DNA of 64,000 nucleotides. It comes from a virus. Numbering within the stretch: the stretch's first letter is position 1; each line of letters opens with the position of its first letter. Made by a program: the position numbers and the translations under genes. This document shows positions 36,670 through 45,429 of the stretch, piece after piece. The notes under the pieces were generated by a model that searched no databases, was not told the DNA's origin, and worked only from the letters and a program-made list of their open reading frames with translations. The stretch spans positions 32,001 through 96,000 of the IMG/VR virus record IMGVR_UViG_3300032087_006376; one strand, given 5' to 3'.

Positions 36670-36783
36670 ACTAAATAATTTGCGCACCATCGAGTGATGA
36701 ATGCGTAAACCCTGATAATAATATATAAACATATAGAATAGAATAGAATAGAAATATAAGCGTTACCTAATAAAATGTGTGTG

Positions 36784-36812
36784 AGAGGGACATGTGTGTG
36801 TCCCTCTTTTTT
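36784..36812 (+). terminator. Rho-independent terminator
   Basis: AGAGGGACA / TGTCCCTCT plus T-run. Confidence 0.8.
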
Positions 36813-36848
36813 ATTTCGTAATTTTTATTGCCGTGTGTAATATTGATT

Positions 36849-36998
36849 ATGAAAATAAGTGTAAATCCTGAAAAGGCATTTATTATGTTTGTCTTGAGTT
36901 TGGGGATGGGAGTTATACTAGAATTAGGAGTTTTACCTGTATTTGGAATAACGGCGATATGGATATGGGTTTTAGCTTTGCAAGAGAAAAAAGATTGA
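36849..36998 (+). CDS. Small membrane protein (49 aa, not in track)
   Basis: Hydrophobic ORF 8 nt after GTGTAA. Confidence 0.45.
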   Translation: MKISVNPEKAFIMFVLSLGMGVILELGVLPVFGITAIWIWVLALQEKKD

Positions 36999-37026
36999 CT
37001 AATTTATAACAATAGGGTATAGTTAT

Positions 37027-37248
37027 ATGATGACTAGGGGTCAATATCAAGACTGTGCGCAAAAAATAAATTTTATAATAGATTCGTTAGACATATTAAA
37101 AGGTGATATAGAATCTTTTGGCGGGTTTCAAACTGAAACAGTGGAAGAAGATTTTTGGGATAATATAGAACATGCGGTTGTAAGCTTACAAGACTGCATG
37201 GAAAATCTCGAAGCTGACGAAGCTGTTTGTATTTTAAAAAAATCATAA
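37027..37248 (+). CDS. Hypothetical protein
   Basis: Acidic helical ORF. Confidence 0.5.
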   Translation: MMTRGQYQDCAQKINFIIDSLDILKGDIESFGGFQTETVEEDFWDNIEHAVVSLQDCMENLEADEAVCILKKS

Positions 37249-38603
37249 TGAATGTTTTTAAATTTATATTAGATTTTATCATGAAACTTTTCGCAACTAA
37301 AACAGAAGAAATATCGGTAGACGCTTCAGAAATACAAGAACAATTAAATAATCTTTCCAAAAGAATAGATTCTTTAAAACAACCCCAAAGCACAAGCACT
37401 TCAAGTTCAGATCTTTCTGCAATGGGAGATATGATAGATACTCTTCATGACAAAATAAAAGAAGTAGAACAGCAGTGTAAAAATGATTCATCAATTAAAA
37501 ATATACAAGAAGAGATAAATAATTTAAAACATCAAATTACAACAGTTCAATCTTCTAATAATATATCTACCCCCTCAACTTCTGCAACCCCTAAATTTGA
37601 ATTTATATTAGAAAAAGATAGCGAAGGATTTTCAGACGCTTCTTGGAACGATATAATTAAAAAAGGCCAAGAAATTCAATACGAGTATTGGAAAAAAGCC
37701 GAAGAAACTTGGAATAAAAAAGTTAAAATGTATGAAGGCTGGCATGGATCTGCGATGTCTCCCGTAATAAAAATTATTTGTGAAGAGCCAGAATATTTAT
37801 TTAAAAATACAGTTAGGCTACCGGGGAGATTTTGCTTATCGTCAAATAGTAGATGGTCTTCTGTTTTAAGATTTTATACATTTGGAGATAAAGTGCTAAA
37901 AGATGATACTGGTTACGGTTACAAATGGGACTCTCCAGTATGTATTTATGTAGAAGGTAAAACCCATACCAAAATGCCTGACGGTGGAACAATGATTATG
38001 AAACCGTTTGAGCAAACAATCGAAGAAGTAATTATTTGCCCCATGATGAAAGGAATTCCTATTTATTTATCTGAAGATCAAGATAGACTATCCATTCGTA
38101 ATTGTAAAATACTTTCTCATGGTGGTGCTCAAGTTGGTATAAGGCATGGTCCCCAATTAGCTGAAAATAATTACCCGTGGGAAGGTGTTACTCAAAGCAA
38201 AAAAGGAGATTCTAATGTTTGGATAACTGATCCTAGATTTGTTGACTTACAAATGGAAGGTCCACACAATAATAAAAGACCTCAAGCTGCTATGTTTATG
38301 TCCGGCGCTAATATTATTGTTCAAAATCTAAATCTTTACGGTTGGATGCAGGGACCATATTTTCATGGAGGTATTAATAGAATTATAAATGGTCTCACAC
38401 AACATTGGGGCAATACAAGCGATGGCAGAATGTATTGCGCTAGAGATGAAGTTGTTTCTTATACTGTATCATATACTGATGACACAAAAGATACAGACTC
38501 TTTTAGTTGTATAGCTGGCAACTTTAAACAATGGTACCTTAAAAAACATAGCAGAGCCCCAGAAAAAGGAGGTTGGCATAAATATAACGAACCAATCTTA
38601 TGA
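37248..38603 (+). CDS. Coiled-coil plus beta-helix-like protein
   Basis: N-terminal coiled coil with S/T linkers; C-terminal repeated short strands (LSIRNCKI, IIVQNLNLYG). Confidence 0.45.
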   Translation: MNVFKFILDFIMKLFATKTEEISVDASEIQEQLNNLSKRIDSLKQPQSTSTSSSDLSAMGDMIDTLHDKIKEVEQQCKNDSSIKNIQEEINNLKHQITTVQSSNNISTPSTSATPKFEFILEKDSEGFSDASWNDIIKKGQEIQYEYWKKAEETWNKKVKMYEGWHGSAMSPVIKIICEEPEYLFKNTVRLPGRFCLSSNSRWSSVLRFYTFGDKVLKDDTGYGYKWDSPVCIYVEGKTHTKMPDGGTMIMKPFEQTIEEVIICPMMKGIPIYLSEDQDRLSIRNCKILSHGGAQVGIRHGPQLAENNYPWEGVTQSKKGDSNVWITDPRFVDLQMEGPHNNKRPQAAMFMSGANIIVQNLNLYGWMQGPYFHGGINRIINGLTQHWGNTSDGRMYCARDEVVSYTVSYTDDTKDTDSFSCIAGNFKQWYLKKHSRAPEKGGWHKYNEPIL

Positions 38604-38765
38604 CAGAATGCGATATATGCAAGCAATCTTTCGAGGAAGTTGATCTAATATTATATCAACGAAAATACGAAAAAACAAATAAAACACTTTTTATATGCAA
38701 AAAATGCATTAATGATATTAAAGTAGATATAGATTCTATATTAGATGATATTTAAAGTCACAATT

Positions 38766-39071
38766 ATGATAATAGATATTAAATCACAAGAAGAGTTTAA
38801 TCAAGTAATTGAAGATAACGAAAAAGTTTTAGTAGATTTTTGGGCGCAATGGTGTGGACCATGTAAAATGGTTGCGCCAGCATTAGATCAATTAAATAAA
38901 GAATTAGATAACGTAATAATAGCTAAAGTTGATATAGATAATGTAACAGATGTACCAGAAAAGTATGGAGTTAGATCTATCCCAACATTATTAAAATTCG
39001 AAAATGGATCAGCCGAAGAAACAAGAGTAGGCTTTCAGACAGTAAAACAATTAAAAGATTGGATGCAATAA
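38766..39071 (+). CDS. trxA: Thioredoxin
   Basis: LVDFWAQWCGPCKMV, YGVRSIPTL. Confidence 0.96.
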   Translation: MIIDIKSQEEFNQVIEDNEKVLVDFWAQWCGPCKMVAPALDQLNKELDNVIIAKVDIDNVTDVPEKYGVRSIPTLLKFENGSAEETRVGFQTVKQLKDWMQ

Positions 39072-39074
39072 TTT

Positions 39075-39311
39075 ATGGAAGGAACATTAGGAGAAATTAT
39101 ATTATTCGCAGGTAATTACGCGCCAAAAAATTGGCATTTTTGTGATGGACAATTAATGAGGGTTCCTAAGAATCCAGCATTGTTTTCGATTTTAGGATGC
39201 CAGTATGGAGGAGATGGTGAGTTTAGTTATGCTTTACCTAAAATAGACCCTCCTGCTCCTAATTTACATTACATTATTTGCATAGATGGTAATTATCCAC
39301 AAAGGAATTAA
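39075..39311 (+). CDS. Stand-alone phage tail-collar domain protein
   Basis: LGEIILFAGNYAP..W.FCDGQL...N.ALFSILG..YGGDG...ALP. Confidence 0.85.
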   Translation: MEGTLGEIILFAGNYAPKNWHFCDGQLMRVPKNPALFSILGCQYGGDGEFSYALPKIDPPAPNLHYIICIDGNYPQRN

Positions 39312-39363
39312 AAGTCACTTAATTGTAACGTGACAATATACCTAATCGCTGTAAGATTACAGT

Positions 39364-39930
39364 GTGGATTATTTACAATTCTGCTTTGATTGGTGGGCAA
39401 AAGGAGGCTTAGTTAACTTTGTTATACTAGGCAGCTCCTTTTTTGTTGGTCTTTTTTATCTAAGTAATAAATTTAGTAAAGGTTTTGTTAATATTATGAT
39501 CGGTGTCGTCCCTCTTTTGGGGCTTCTTGGCACAGTTGTCGGCATGATTCAAACCTTTAATGCTCTTCAAAACACAGGAACAGACGTTCAATCATTAGCT
39601 GGAGGTATATCAAAAGCTATGATCACTACTTCTTCTGGGCTCTGTGTTGCTATTTTTGGCACAATATTCCTTCCTCTTAAAAAACCTGAAAAGTTAGACG
39701 ACTATGAATCCCTTGATGATTTAACTGTCGAACAATTAGAAGAAATAGTTTCCCAACAAACAGTTCTGCAAAAAATAGTTAGCAATATACCACAAATAAC
39801 TATTAAATCAAAATGGATTAAAAAATACTTGAGACTTAAAAAGTCTTTCAATAAAGCTTATAAAAACGTTTGGACTAAAGTTCAGCCTGAATGCAAGCAA
39901 GAACGCCCTTCTTTTATTTCTTATTTTTAA
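39364..39930 (+). CDS. MotA/TolQ/ExbB proton-channel protein
   Basis: PLLGLLGTVVGMIQTF and LAGGISKAMITTSSGL; GTG start. Confidence 0.85.
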   Translation: MDYLQFCFDWWAKGGLVNFVILGSSFFVGLFYLSNKFSKGFVNIMIGVVPLLGLLGTVVGMIQTFNALQNTGTDVQSLAGGISKAMITTSSGLCVAIFGTIFLPLKKPEKLDDYESLDDLTVEQLEEIVSQQTVLQKIVSNIPQITIKSKWIKKYLRLKKSFNKAYKNVWTKVQPECKQERPSFISYF

Positions 39931-39939
39931 TTTTTTATT

Positions 39940-41487
39940 ATGTTAAAGCATATTATATTAACACTACTAACCGGAATAGCATTAAATGCTCAAATTATTG
40001 TAACTGATAATGATATCACCACAAATACTACGTGGACATCAAACAATGAATATATTCTTGATGGATTGGTATTCGTTGAATCTGGAGAAACATTAACAAT
40101 TGAACCGGGAACTGTAATCAAAGGTAAACCGGGGCAAGGAGCTCAAGCATCAGCTTTGGTTGTTGCAAGAGGCGCAAAAATATATGCAGAAGGAACAAAA
40201 GAAGCTCCGATTATTTTTACTGCTGAAATAGATGATGTGTATAACACAGAGGACTTGGGTTCTAACGATAGAGGGTTGTGGGGTGGTGTTATTGTATTAG
40301 GCAATGCAGTCCTTAATAGCCCTGCTGATAGCGGTACACCTATTACAGATAATATTGAAGGTATTGATATTAATGAGACTAGAGGTCGCTTTGGAGGTGA
40401 TGACGATAATGATAATAGCGGAGTTCTCAAATACATTTCTATTCGACATGGGGGTACGTTGATCGGAGCTGATAACGAGATTAACGGATTAACTCTTGGA
40501 GCTGTTGGTCGTGGCACCACCATTGAGTTTATTGATATCTTTGCAAATCTTGATGACGGTATTGAATTTTTTGGTGGTACAGCTGAAGTAAAATATTTAT
40601 CAGTAGCTTATTGTGGCGATGATAGTTTTGATTACGATCAAGGATGGCGTGGTAAAGGTCAATATTGGTTTACTATTCAAGATGGTGACTCTGGTGATGG
40701 TGGTGAGCATGATGGTGATATTGACGATAATACAAGGCTTCCTATTGCTAAACCAATTATCTCTAATGCTACATTTATTGGCGGTGGTGTTGATTCTGGT
40801 AATGGCAAAAGAGCTTTTAATATTAGAGACAATGCAGGAGCGGTTTATTACAATAGTATCTTTACTGATTTTAACGGGAGAGCTATTGACGTGCAGGATG
40901 ATAGTTTGACACGTATGAATAATGGTGATATTGATTTTCAGAATAATATCTGGTGGCTGTTCGGAGCTGGAGACACTCCTGAGACAATCGCTAATGAGAA
41001 TGCTACACCATTGTTTACTGATCTATCTCTTAACAATCGCATTATTGATCCTAAGTTAGGTCCAATCAGCAGAGATTATGATGCAGTATTAGATCCACGC
41101 CCTCAAGCTGATAGTCCTTTGTATGATGGAGCTATTGCTTTAGCTGACCCATTCTTTGAGAATAACAAATACTCTGGAGCATTTGATAAATGGAATTGGA
41201 TGCATGGATGGACTGGCATTTCTGTTAGTGGATATTTAGTATTAGATGAAGGTCAACAAACAATTATAATTCCAAATCCTATTCCTACAATTAAAATCCA
41301 TTCAATTAATTTTGAAATTGAATTTGATGCAATCGAAGGAGTCGCTTACCAGCTTCAAACTTCAAGTGATTTTGTTAATTGGATCGACGTTGAGGACCCA
41401 GTTGGAGGTATTTTTGTTAATGGCAAGATAAAACTAATTACAGAGTCATCTAATTCTAAAAAATATTATCGCGTCATAGTAAAATAA
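39940..41487 (+). CDS. Secreted beta-helix protein with C-terminal sorting-like domain
   Basis: Signal peptide, TLTIEPGTVIKG, WGGVIVLG, SGVLKYISIRHGG, DDGIEFFGG; C-terminal YQLQTSSDFVNW...YYRV. Confidence 0.7.
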   Translation: MLKHIILTLLTGIALNAQIIVTDNDITTNTTWTSNNEYILDGLVFVESGETLTIEPGTVIKGKPGQGAQASALVVARGAKIYAEGTKEAPIIFTAEIDDVYNTEDLGSNDRGLWGGVIVLGNAVLNSPADSGTPITDNIEGIDINETRGRFGGDDDNDNSGVLKYISIRHGGTLIGADNEINGLTLGAVGRGTTIEFIDIFANLDDGIEFFGGTAEVKYLSVAYCGDDSFDYDQGWRGKGQYWFTIQDGDSGDGGEHDGDIDDNTRLPIAKPIISNATFIGGGVDSGNGKRAFNIRDNAGAVYYNSIFTDFNGRAIDVQDDSLTRMNNGDIDFQNNIWWLFGAGDTPETIANENATPLFTDLSLNNRIIDPKLGPISRDYDAVLDPRPQADSPLYDGAIALADPFFENNKYSGAFDKWNWMHGWTGISVSGYLVLDEGQQTIIIPNPIPTIKIHSINFEIEFDAIEGVAYQLQTSSDFVNWIDVEDPVGGIFVNGKIKLITESSNSKKYYRVIVK

Positions 41488-41518
41488 TTAGATTTTTACT
41501 TAAAAAGTAACATAATAA

Positions 41519-42253
41519 TTGATGTTACTTAATGACGCTTATATATTTGATGTAGACGGCACTTTAACAGCTCCTCGTCTTCCTATGGACGAGGAGTTTT
41601 CTATTTTCTTCAAGAAGTTTTGCGATAATAATGTTGTTTATTTAGCTACAGGAAGCGATAAATTTAAAGTAGAAGAACAAGTACCCAAAGATATTTTAAA
41701 AGCTTGTATGGGCGTATTTACTTGCATGGGTAACGAATTATGGATGGATGATCACATGATTTATTCCAGAGAGTTTACATTACCGTCTGATGCTATCGCT
41801 TATTTATATGACGTTTTAGACGACACAAAATATCCCGCTCATAAATCAGGCTCTAAAAACTTTGAATACAGAGCTGGTATGTTAAATTTCAGCACTGTAG
41901 GTAGAGATATCACGCAAGAACAAAGAGAAGAATACTACGAATGGGATAAAATTCAAGGTGAAAGAAAAGAAATTTGCGACAACTTTAATAGATTATTTAA
42001 TAAACATAATTTTTATGCATGTGTTGGAGGCAAAATATCTATAGACATACAAAAACAAGGCGAAGATAAAAGTCAAATATATCATTACTTAAGTGATCAT
42101 GATAGAAAAATCTTTTTTGGCGATAAATGCGAACCCGGAGGCAATGATTACGCTTTAGCTAGTTTATGCGAAGTTAAATTCAACGTAAAAAATTGGCAAG
42201 ACACAAAACAAATACTAACAAATTTAATTATAACAAATGGAAGAAATAATTAA
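41519..42253 (+). CDS. HAD-IIB phosphomannomutase (eukaryotic-type PMM)
   Basis: FDVDGTLT.PR, EYRAGMLNFS.VGR, GGKISIDI, FFGDK..PGGNDY. Confidence 0.88.
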   Translation: MMLLNDAYIFDVDGTLTAPRLPMDEEFSIFFKKFCDNNVVYLATGSDKFKVEEQVPKDILKACMGVFTCMGNELWMDDHMIYSREFTLPSDAIAYLYDVLDDTKYPAHKSGSKNFEYRAGMLNFSTVGRDITQEQREEYYEWDKIQGERKEICDNFNRLFNKHNFYACVGGKISIDIQKQGEDKSQIYHYLSDHDRKIFFGDKCEPGGNDYALASLCEVKFNVKNWQDTKQILTNLIITNGRNN

Positions 42254-42557
42254 TTATCTAATACCGGCAGTTTGTATAGCATATGTAACATATATATGGA
42301 CAGACACAAATGCTTTTTATGATTATTTTTCTTTTTCTAAAATATTTAGAAAGATTCCAATCATAAAAGAATACGAAAAATCTGAATACCAAATGGAGTT
42401 TCCGATGTTTTTAAAACAAAAACAAAGTTTTTTTTCTAAATTAATAACTTGCCATATTTGTTTGACTTTTTGGATGTCTGTGTTATGTTTTATTCCGTTG
42501 GAGCTAAATCTATTTGTTTTAGCTTATTTAAGTTTAATATTTTATAATTTCTTATGA
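42237..42557 (+). CDS. Small membrane protein
   Basis: TM segments; LITCHICLTFW motif. Confidence 0.5.
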   Translation: MEEIINYLIPAVCIAYVTYIWTDTNAFYDYFSFSKIFRKIPIIKEYEKSEYQMEFPMFLKQKQSFFSKLITCHICLTFWMSVLCFIPLELNLFVLAYLSLIFYNFL

Positions 42558-42787
42558 AAATAAGAATGACTTATAAAGAGTTATTTAAAATAGTTTCAGC
42601 TCATAGATCTGAATTCATGGGAATAAGCGATGAGTTAGATCATTTTTTAAAAAATTTATCAGCTGGTTGTGGCGGATGTTTTTACCGAAGAGTAAATCAT
42701 GTATTCGGACCTATGATTTCAAAAAATAAAGAAGAAGTTGAAAATAGATGCCTAAAAATTCTAAAAAAAGAAGTAGAACTTATTTAA
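42554..42787 (+). CDS. Hypothetical protein
   Basis: GCGGC motif; coupled to neighbours. Confidence 0.45.
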   Translation: MKIRMTYKELFKIVSAHRSEFMGISDELDHFLKNLSAGCGGCFYRRVNHVFGPMISKNKEEVENRCLKILKKEVELI

Positions 42788-42788
42788 A

Positions 42789-43037
42789 ATGAAAAAAGCT
42801 AGAGTATTTACAGTTGTCAAAGGTCAGACTTACGACCCTCAAGGCACAGTTATTAATTCTGCTGCTAAACAATTAGGAATCAAGCACATAAAAGATGTTA
42901 AAGCTGGTAGACATTTTCTGTTATTGTTTGAAGAAGACACTCCTGATGAGGACGTAAAAGCAAGCACTGAAGAGGCTGCGCTTCGACTACTTCACAACGA
43001 TATCATTGAAGATTACGATATAACTTACGAATTATAA
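42789..43037 (+). CDS. purS: Phosphoribosylformylglycinamidine synthase subunit PurS
   Basis: DPQGTVI, V.AGRHF, LLHNDIIEDY. Confidence 0.85.
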   Translation: MKKARVFTVVKGQTYDPQGTVINSAAKQLGIKHIKDVKAGRHFLLLFEEDTPDEDVKASTEEAALRLLHNDIIEDYDITYEL

Positions 43038-43038
43038 T

Positions 43039-43275
43039 ATGAAAGAACATATATTAAATGCATTAGAAGCTCATTTTGAAGCAAAAGTGTTGAAAAATCA
43101 AGCACTACTTCAAAATTACCTCAACAACCCCGTTGGAATTGGAGAGCATCCAGACATTATAGATGAATGTATTAAAATCACAGATGAATTGGCTTCAGCT
43201 CAAGACAGTTTAGAAATCATAAAAGGAAAAAAAGTTTATGCCCGACCAAGAAAAATTAGACACAACTTATCTTAA
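43039..43275 (+). CDS. Conserved phage hypothetical protein
   Basis: YLNNPVGIGEHPDI motif. Confidence 0.55.
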   Translation: MKEHILNALEAHFEAKVLKNQALLQNYLNNPVGIGEHPDIIDECIKITDELASAQDSLEIIKGKKVYARPRKIRHNLS

Positions 43276-43669
43276 AATGGCCGAAGCGTGGGCTGAGATG
43301 TCTCACGCTAGAAGAAAAAAAGTGGGTTGCTTAATTGTAAAAGATGGTGCTATTATTTCAGATGGTTACAATGGCACACCATCAGGTTTTGATAATAATT
43401 GTGAATTTGGTTTCACCCAACAAGGTTTAACCACTAAACCAGAAGTTCTTCATGCCGAAAGCAATGCAATCAGCAAATTAGCTAGGTCTACAAATAGTAG
43501 TGACGGAGCTACAGTTTATTTAACCTGTTCTCCTTGTTTTGATTGCGCTAAATTAATTATTCAGTCAGGAATAAAAAGAGTTGTTTACGGCGACAATTAT
43601 CGAGATGGTAGAGGTTTAGAACTTTTAGAAAAAGCTAACATACAAGTGGAGCATGTAAATGACAAGTGA
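43238..43669 (+). CDS. dCMP deaminase
   Basis: KVGCLIVKD, GYNGTPSG, LHAESNAI, SPCFDCAKLI. Confidence 0.93.
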   Translation: MPDQEKLDTTYLKMAEAWAEMSHARRKKVGCLIVKDGAIISDGYNGTPSGFDNNCEFGFTQQGLTTKPEVLHAESNAISKLARSTNSSDGATVYLTCSPCFDCAKLIIQSGIKRVVYGDNYRDGRGLELLEKANIQVEHVNDK

Positions 43670-43922
43670 TAATGTTTTAAATATTTTAAATGATGCGTTA
43701 GAAAAAGATCCTGTTGCGATGATGGCGCTGATTTCTACAACAGTTCCAACTAATTCTAATATTGCTAGCTCTTATGATATTAAAATTCATAAAGGGTATA
43801 TTGAATTTGGACTACTTAGCATCATTAATAAGATAATCGAAAAAGAAAATAAAAAAATAACTTTTGATTATGATGTCAGCATAGAAGGTGAAATGCGTCC
43901 TAAAAAATTCATTTTAAAATGA
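43659..43922 (+). CDS. Hypothetical protein
   Basis: ORF coupled to the deaminase gene. Confidence 0.5.
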   Translation: MTSDNVLNILNDALEKDPVAMMALISTTVPTNSNIASSYDIKIHKGYIEFGLLSIINKIIEKENKKITFDYDVSIEGEMRPKKFILK

Positions 43923-44259
43923 TGGATGAAAGACAAAGGTTTGGGTTTTGGCGCTGGACTGGTGAGATAATTCTTACATGGGAAATCGTACTTGTAGTGT
44001 ATTATACTATTGAATGGACACTTTACAAGTTTTGACTATTATTAAATACGGAGTTCCGCTTTTAGCGGTTTTATTGTTACTGTGTGCAACTAAATTTAAA
44101 TGACAGCAGAATCATTATTCGTTATCGGTGGAATTATCGGCGTTATATTAATATTATTTAAGGCAGCAAATGAGCGATGAAGGTTATTTAATAGGGTTTA
44201 TACTAGCCGCACTGATACCCTTATCTATAGAATTCTTTTCTAAAAAGAAAAAATAAATT

Positions 44260-44748
44260 ATGATTATTACTCTTTTAGACGGCGATACAGCTAATATTAG
44301 TTTTTCCAACAGAGTGCAAGTTAGTGTTCGAGGAGATTCTGATCGCAGCTATAAAGTTATATGGTATAAAAAAACATCAGAAGATTTTGAAATAGTAGGC
44401 CAAATGGATGTCGCAACAGGCACATGGGCTTGTTATGACTTTGAAGATATTGAGCACTGGAAAGTAGAATTTTATGATGAGAATAACTTTGTTGCAGAAT
44501 ATGATAATGATTTGAAAGATAAAGATGTGATTTTAATAGCTGACGTTCCTTTTTCTAAAGCTGGTAAATCTTTAGATTTTGATTTATTAAAAAATTATTG
44601 CAACGAAAAAGTTTTACAATATAATTGTAATTTAAAAGTTTATTTCGAAGGGTCTTCTAGAGTTGATTTCTCTAATCTTAATTTTAAACCTTTAAGATTG
44701 AACGAAGAAATTAAAGAAATGCATTATGGCTTAGAAAAAAGTTTTTAA
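44260..44748 (+). CDS. Hypothetical protein
   Basis: 162-aa ORF abutting the oxygenase gene. Confidence 0.5.
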   Translation: MIITLLDGDTANISFSNRVQVSVRGDSDRSYKVIWYKKTSEDFEIVGQMDVATGTWACYDFEDIEHWKVEFYDENNFVAEYDNDLKDKDVILIADVPFSKAGKSLDFDLLKNYCNEKVLQYNCNLKVYFEGSSRVDFSNLNFKPLRLNEEIKEMHYGLEKSF

Positions 44749-45429
44749 ATGAAAGATTTAATATATACTCGCCGAAATAGTTTGCCTAAAGATTTTTGTG
44801 ATTTTGTTATAAATAAATTTGAAACATCAACAGATAACCAAATGGAAGGATTGTCTGGAGATGCTGTTCAAACTCAAATAAAAAAGTCTACAGATTTAAT
44901 GTTGACCAATTTTTTAGATGATGCAGACTGGTCATATATTTATAATTATTTATCAGAAGAACTTCTGCAAAGCTTAGTTGAATATAATGAAAATGCACCT
45001 TGGATTTGGAGAAGGCAAGGAGGTTTTTCTAGTAAACTTAGTTTAGTTAGGTCTGTTCAAAATAGATTCACTGCTTCCAGTAATGGCAATTACCACATGC
45101 AAATGCAAAGATACATCGGTGATGAAGGTTATTACGCTTGGCACTTTGAAAACTACTTAGAACATGAACGTATGAGAAAAAGACAAATGGCTTTCATGTG
45201 GTATTTAAACGATCTTGAAAGCGGTGGCGAAACTGAATTCAAATTTCAAAAAACAAAAGTTAAACCAGAAGCTGGTAAAAGCGTTTTATTTCCAGCGTTC
45301 TGGACTCACACCCACAGAGGAAATCCTCCTTCTGGAAATCAAAGAAAATACATCATAACTGGATGGATAGAACAAAACACAGAAGAAGAGAACGCGTCTA
45401 ACGAGTTTACAGAAGACTTTTTTGTTTAA
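44749..45429 (+). CDS. 2OG-Fe(II) oxygenase (prolyl-hydroxylase-like)
   Basis: YAWHFE, FMWYLND..SGGETEF, FPAFWTHTHRG, KYIITGW. Confidence 0.88.
   Translation: MKDLIYTRRNSLPKDFCDFVINKFETSTDNQMEGLSGDAVQTQIKKSTDLMLTNFLDDADWSYIYNYLSEELLQSLVEYNENAPWIWRRQGGFSSKLSLVRSVQNRFTASSNGNYHMQMQRYIGDEGYYAWHFENYLEHERMRKRQMAFMWYLNDLESGGETEFKFQKTKVKPEAGKSVLFPAFWTHTHRGNPPSGNQRKYIITGWIEQNTEEENASNEFTEDFFV

Noticed and set aside
36680-36780. Hairpin GCGCA..CATC-GAGT-GATG..TGCGT and (ATAGA)n run as a riboswitch or microsatellite
   Set aside because: No recognisable aptamer or ribozyme core, and the run is only about 4 copies in an AT-rich spacer.
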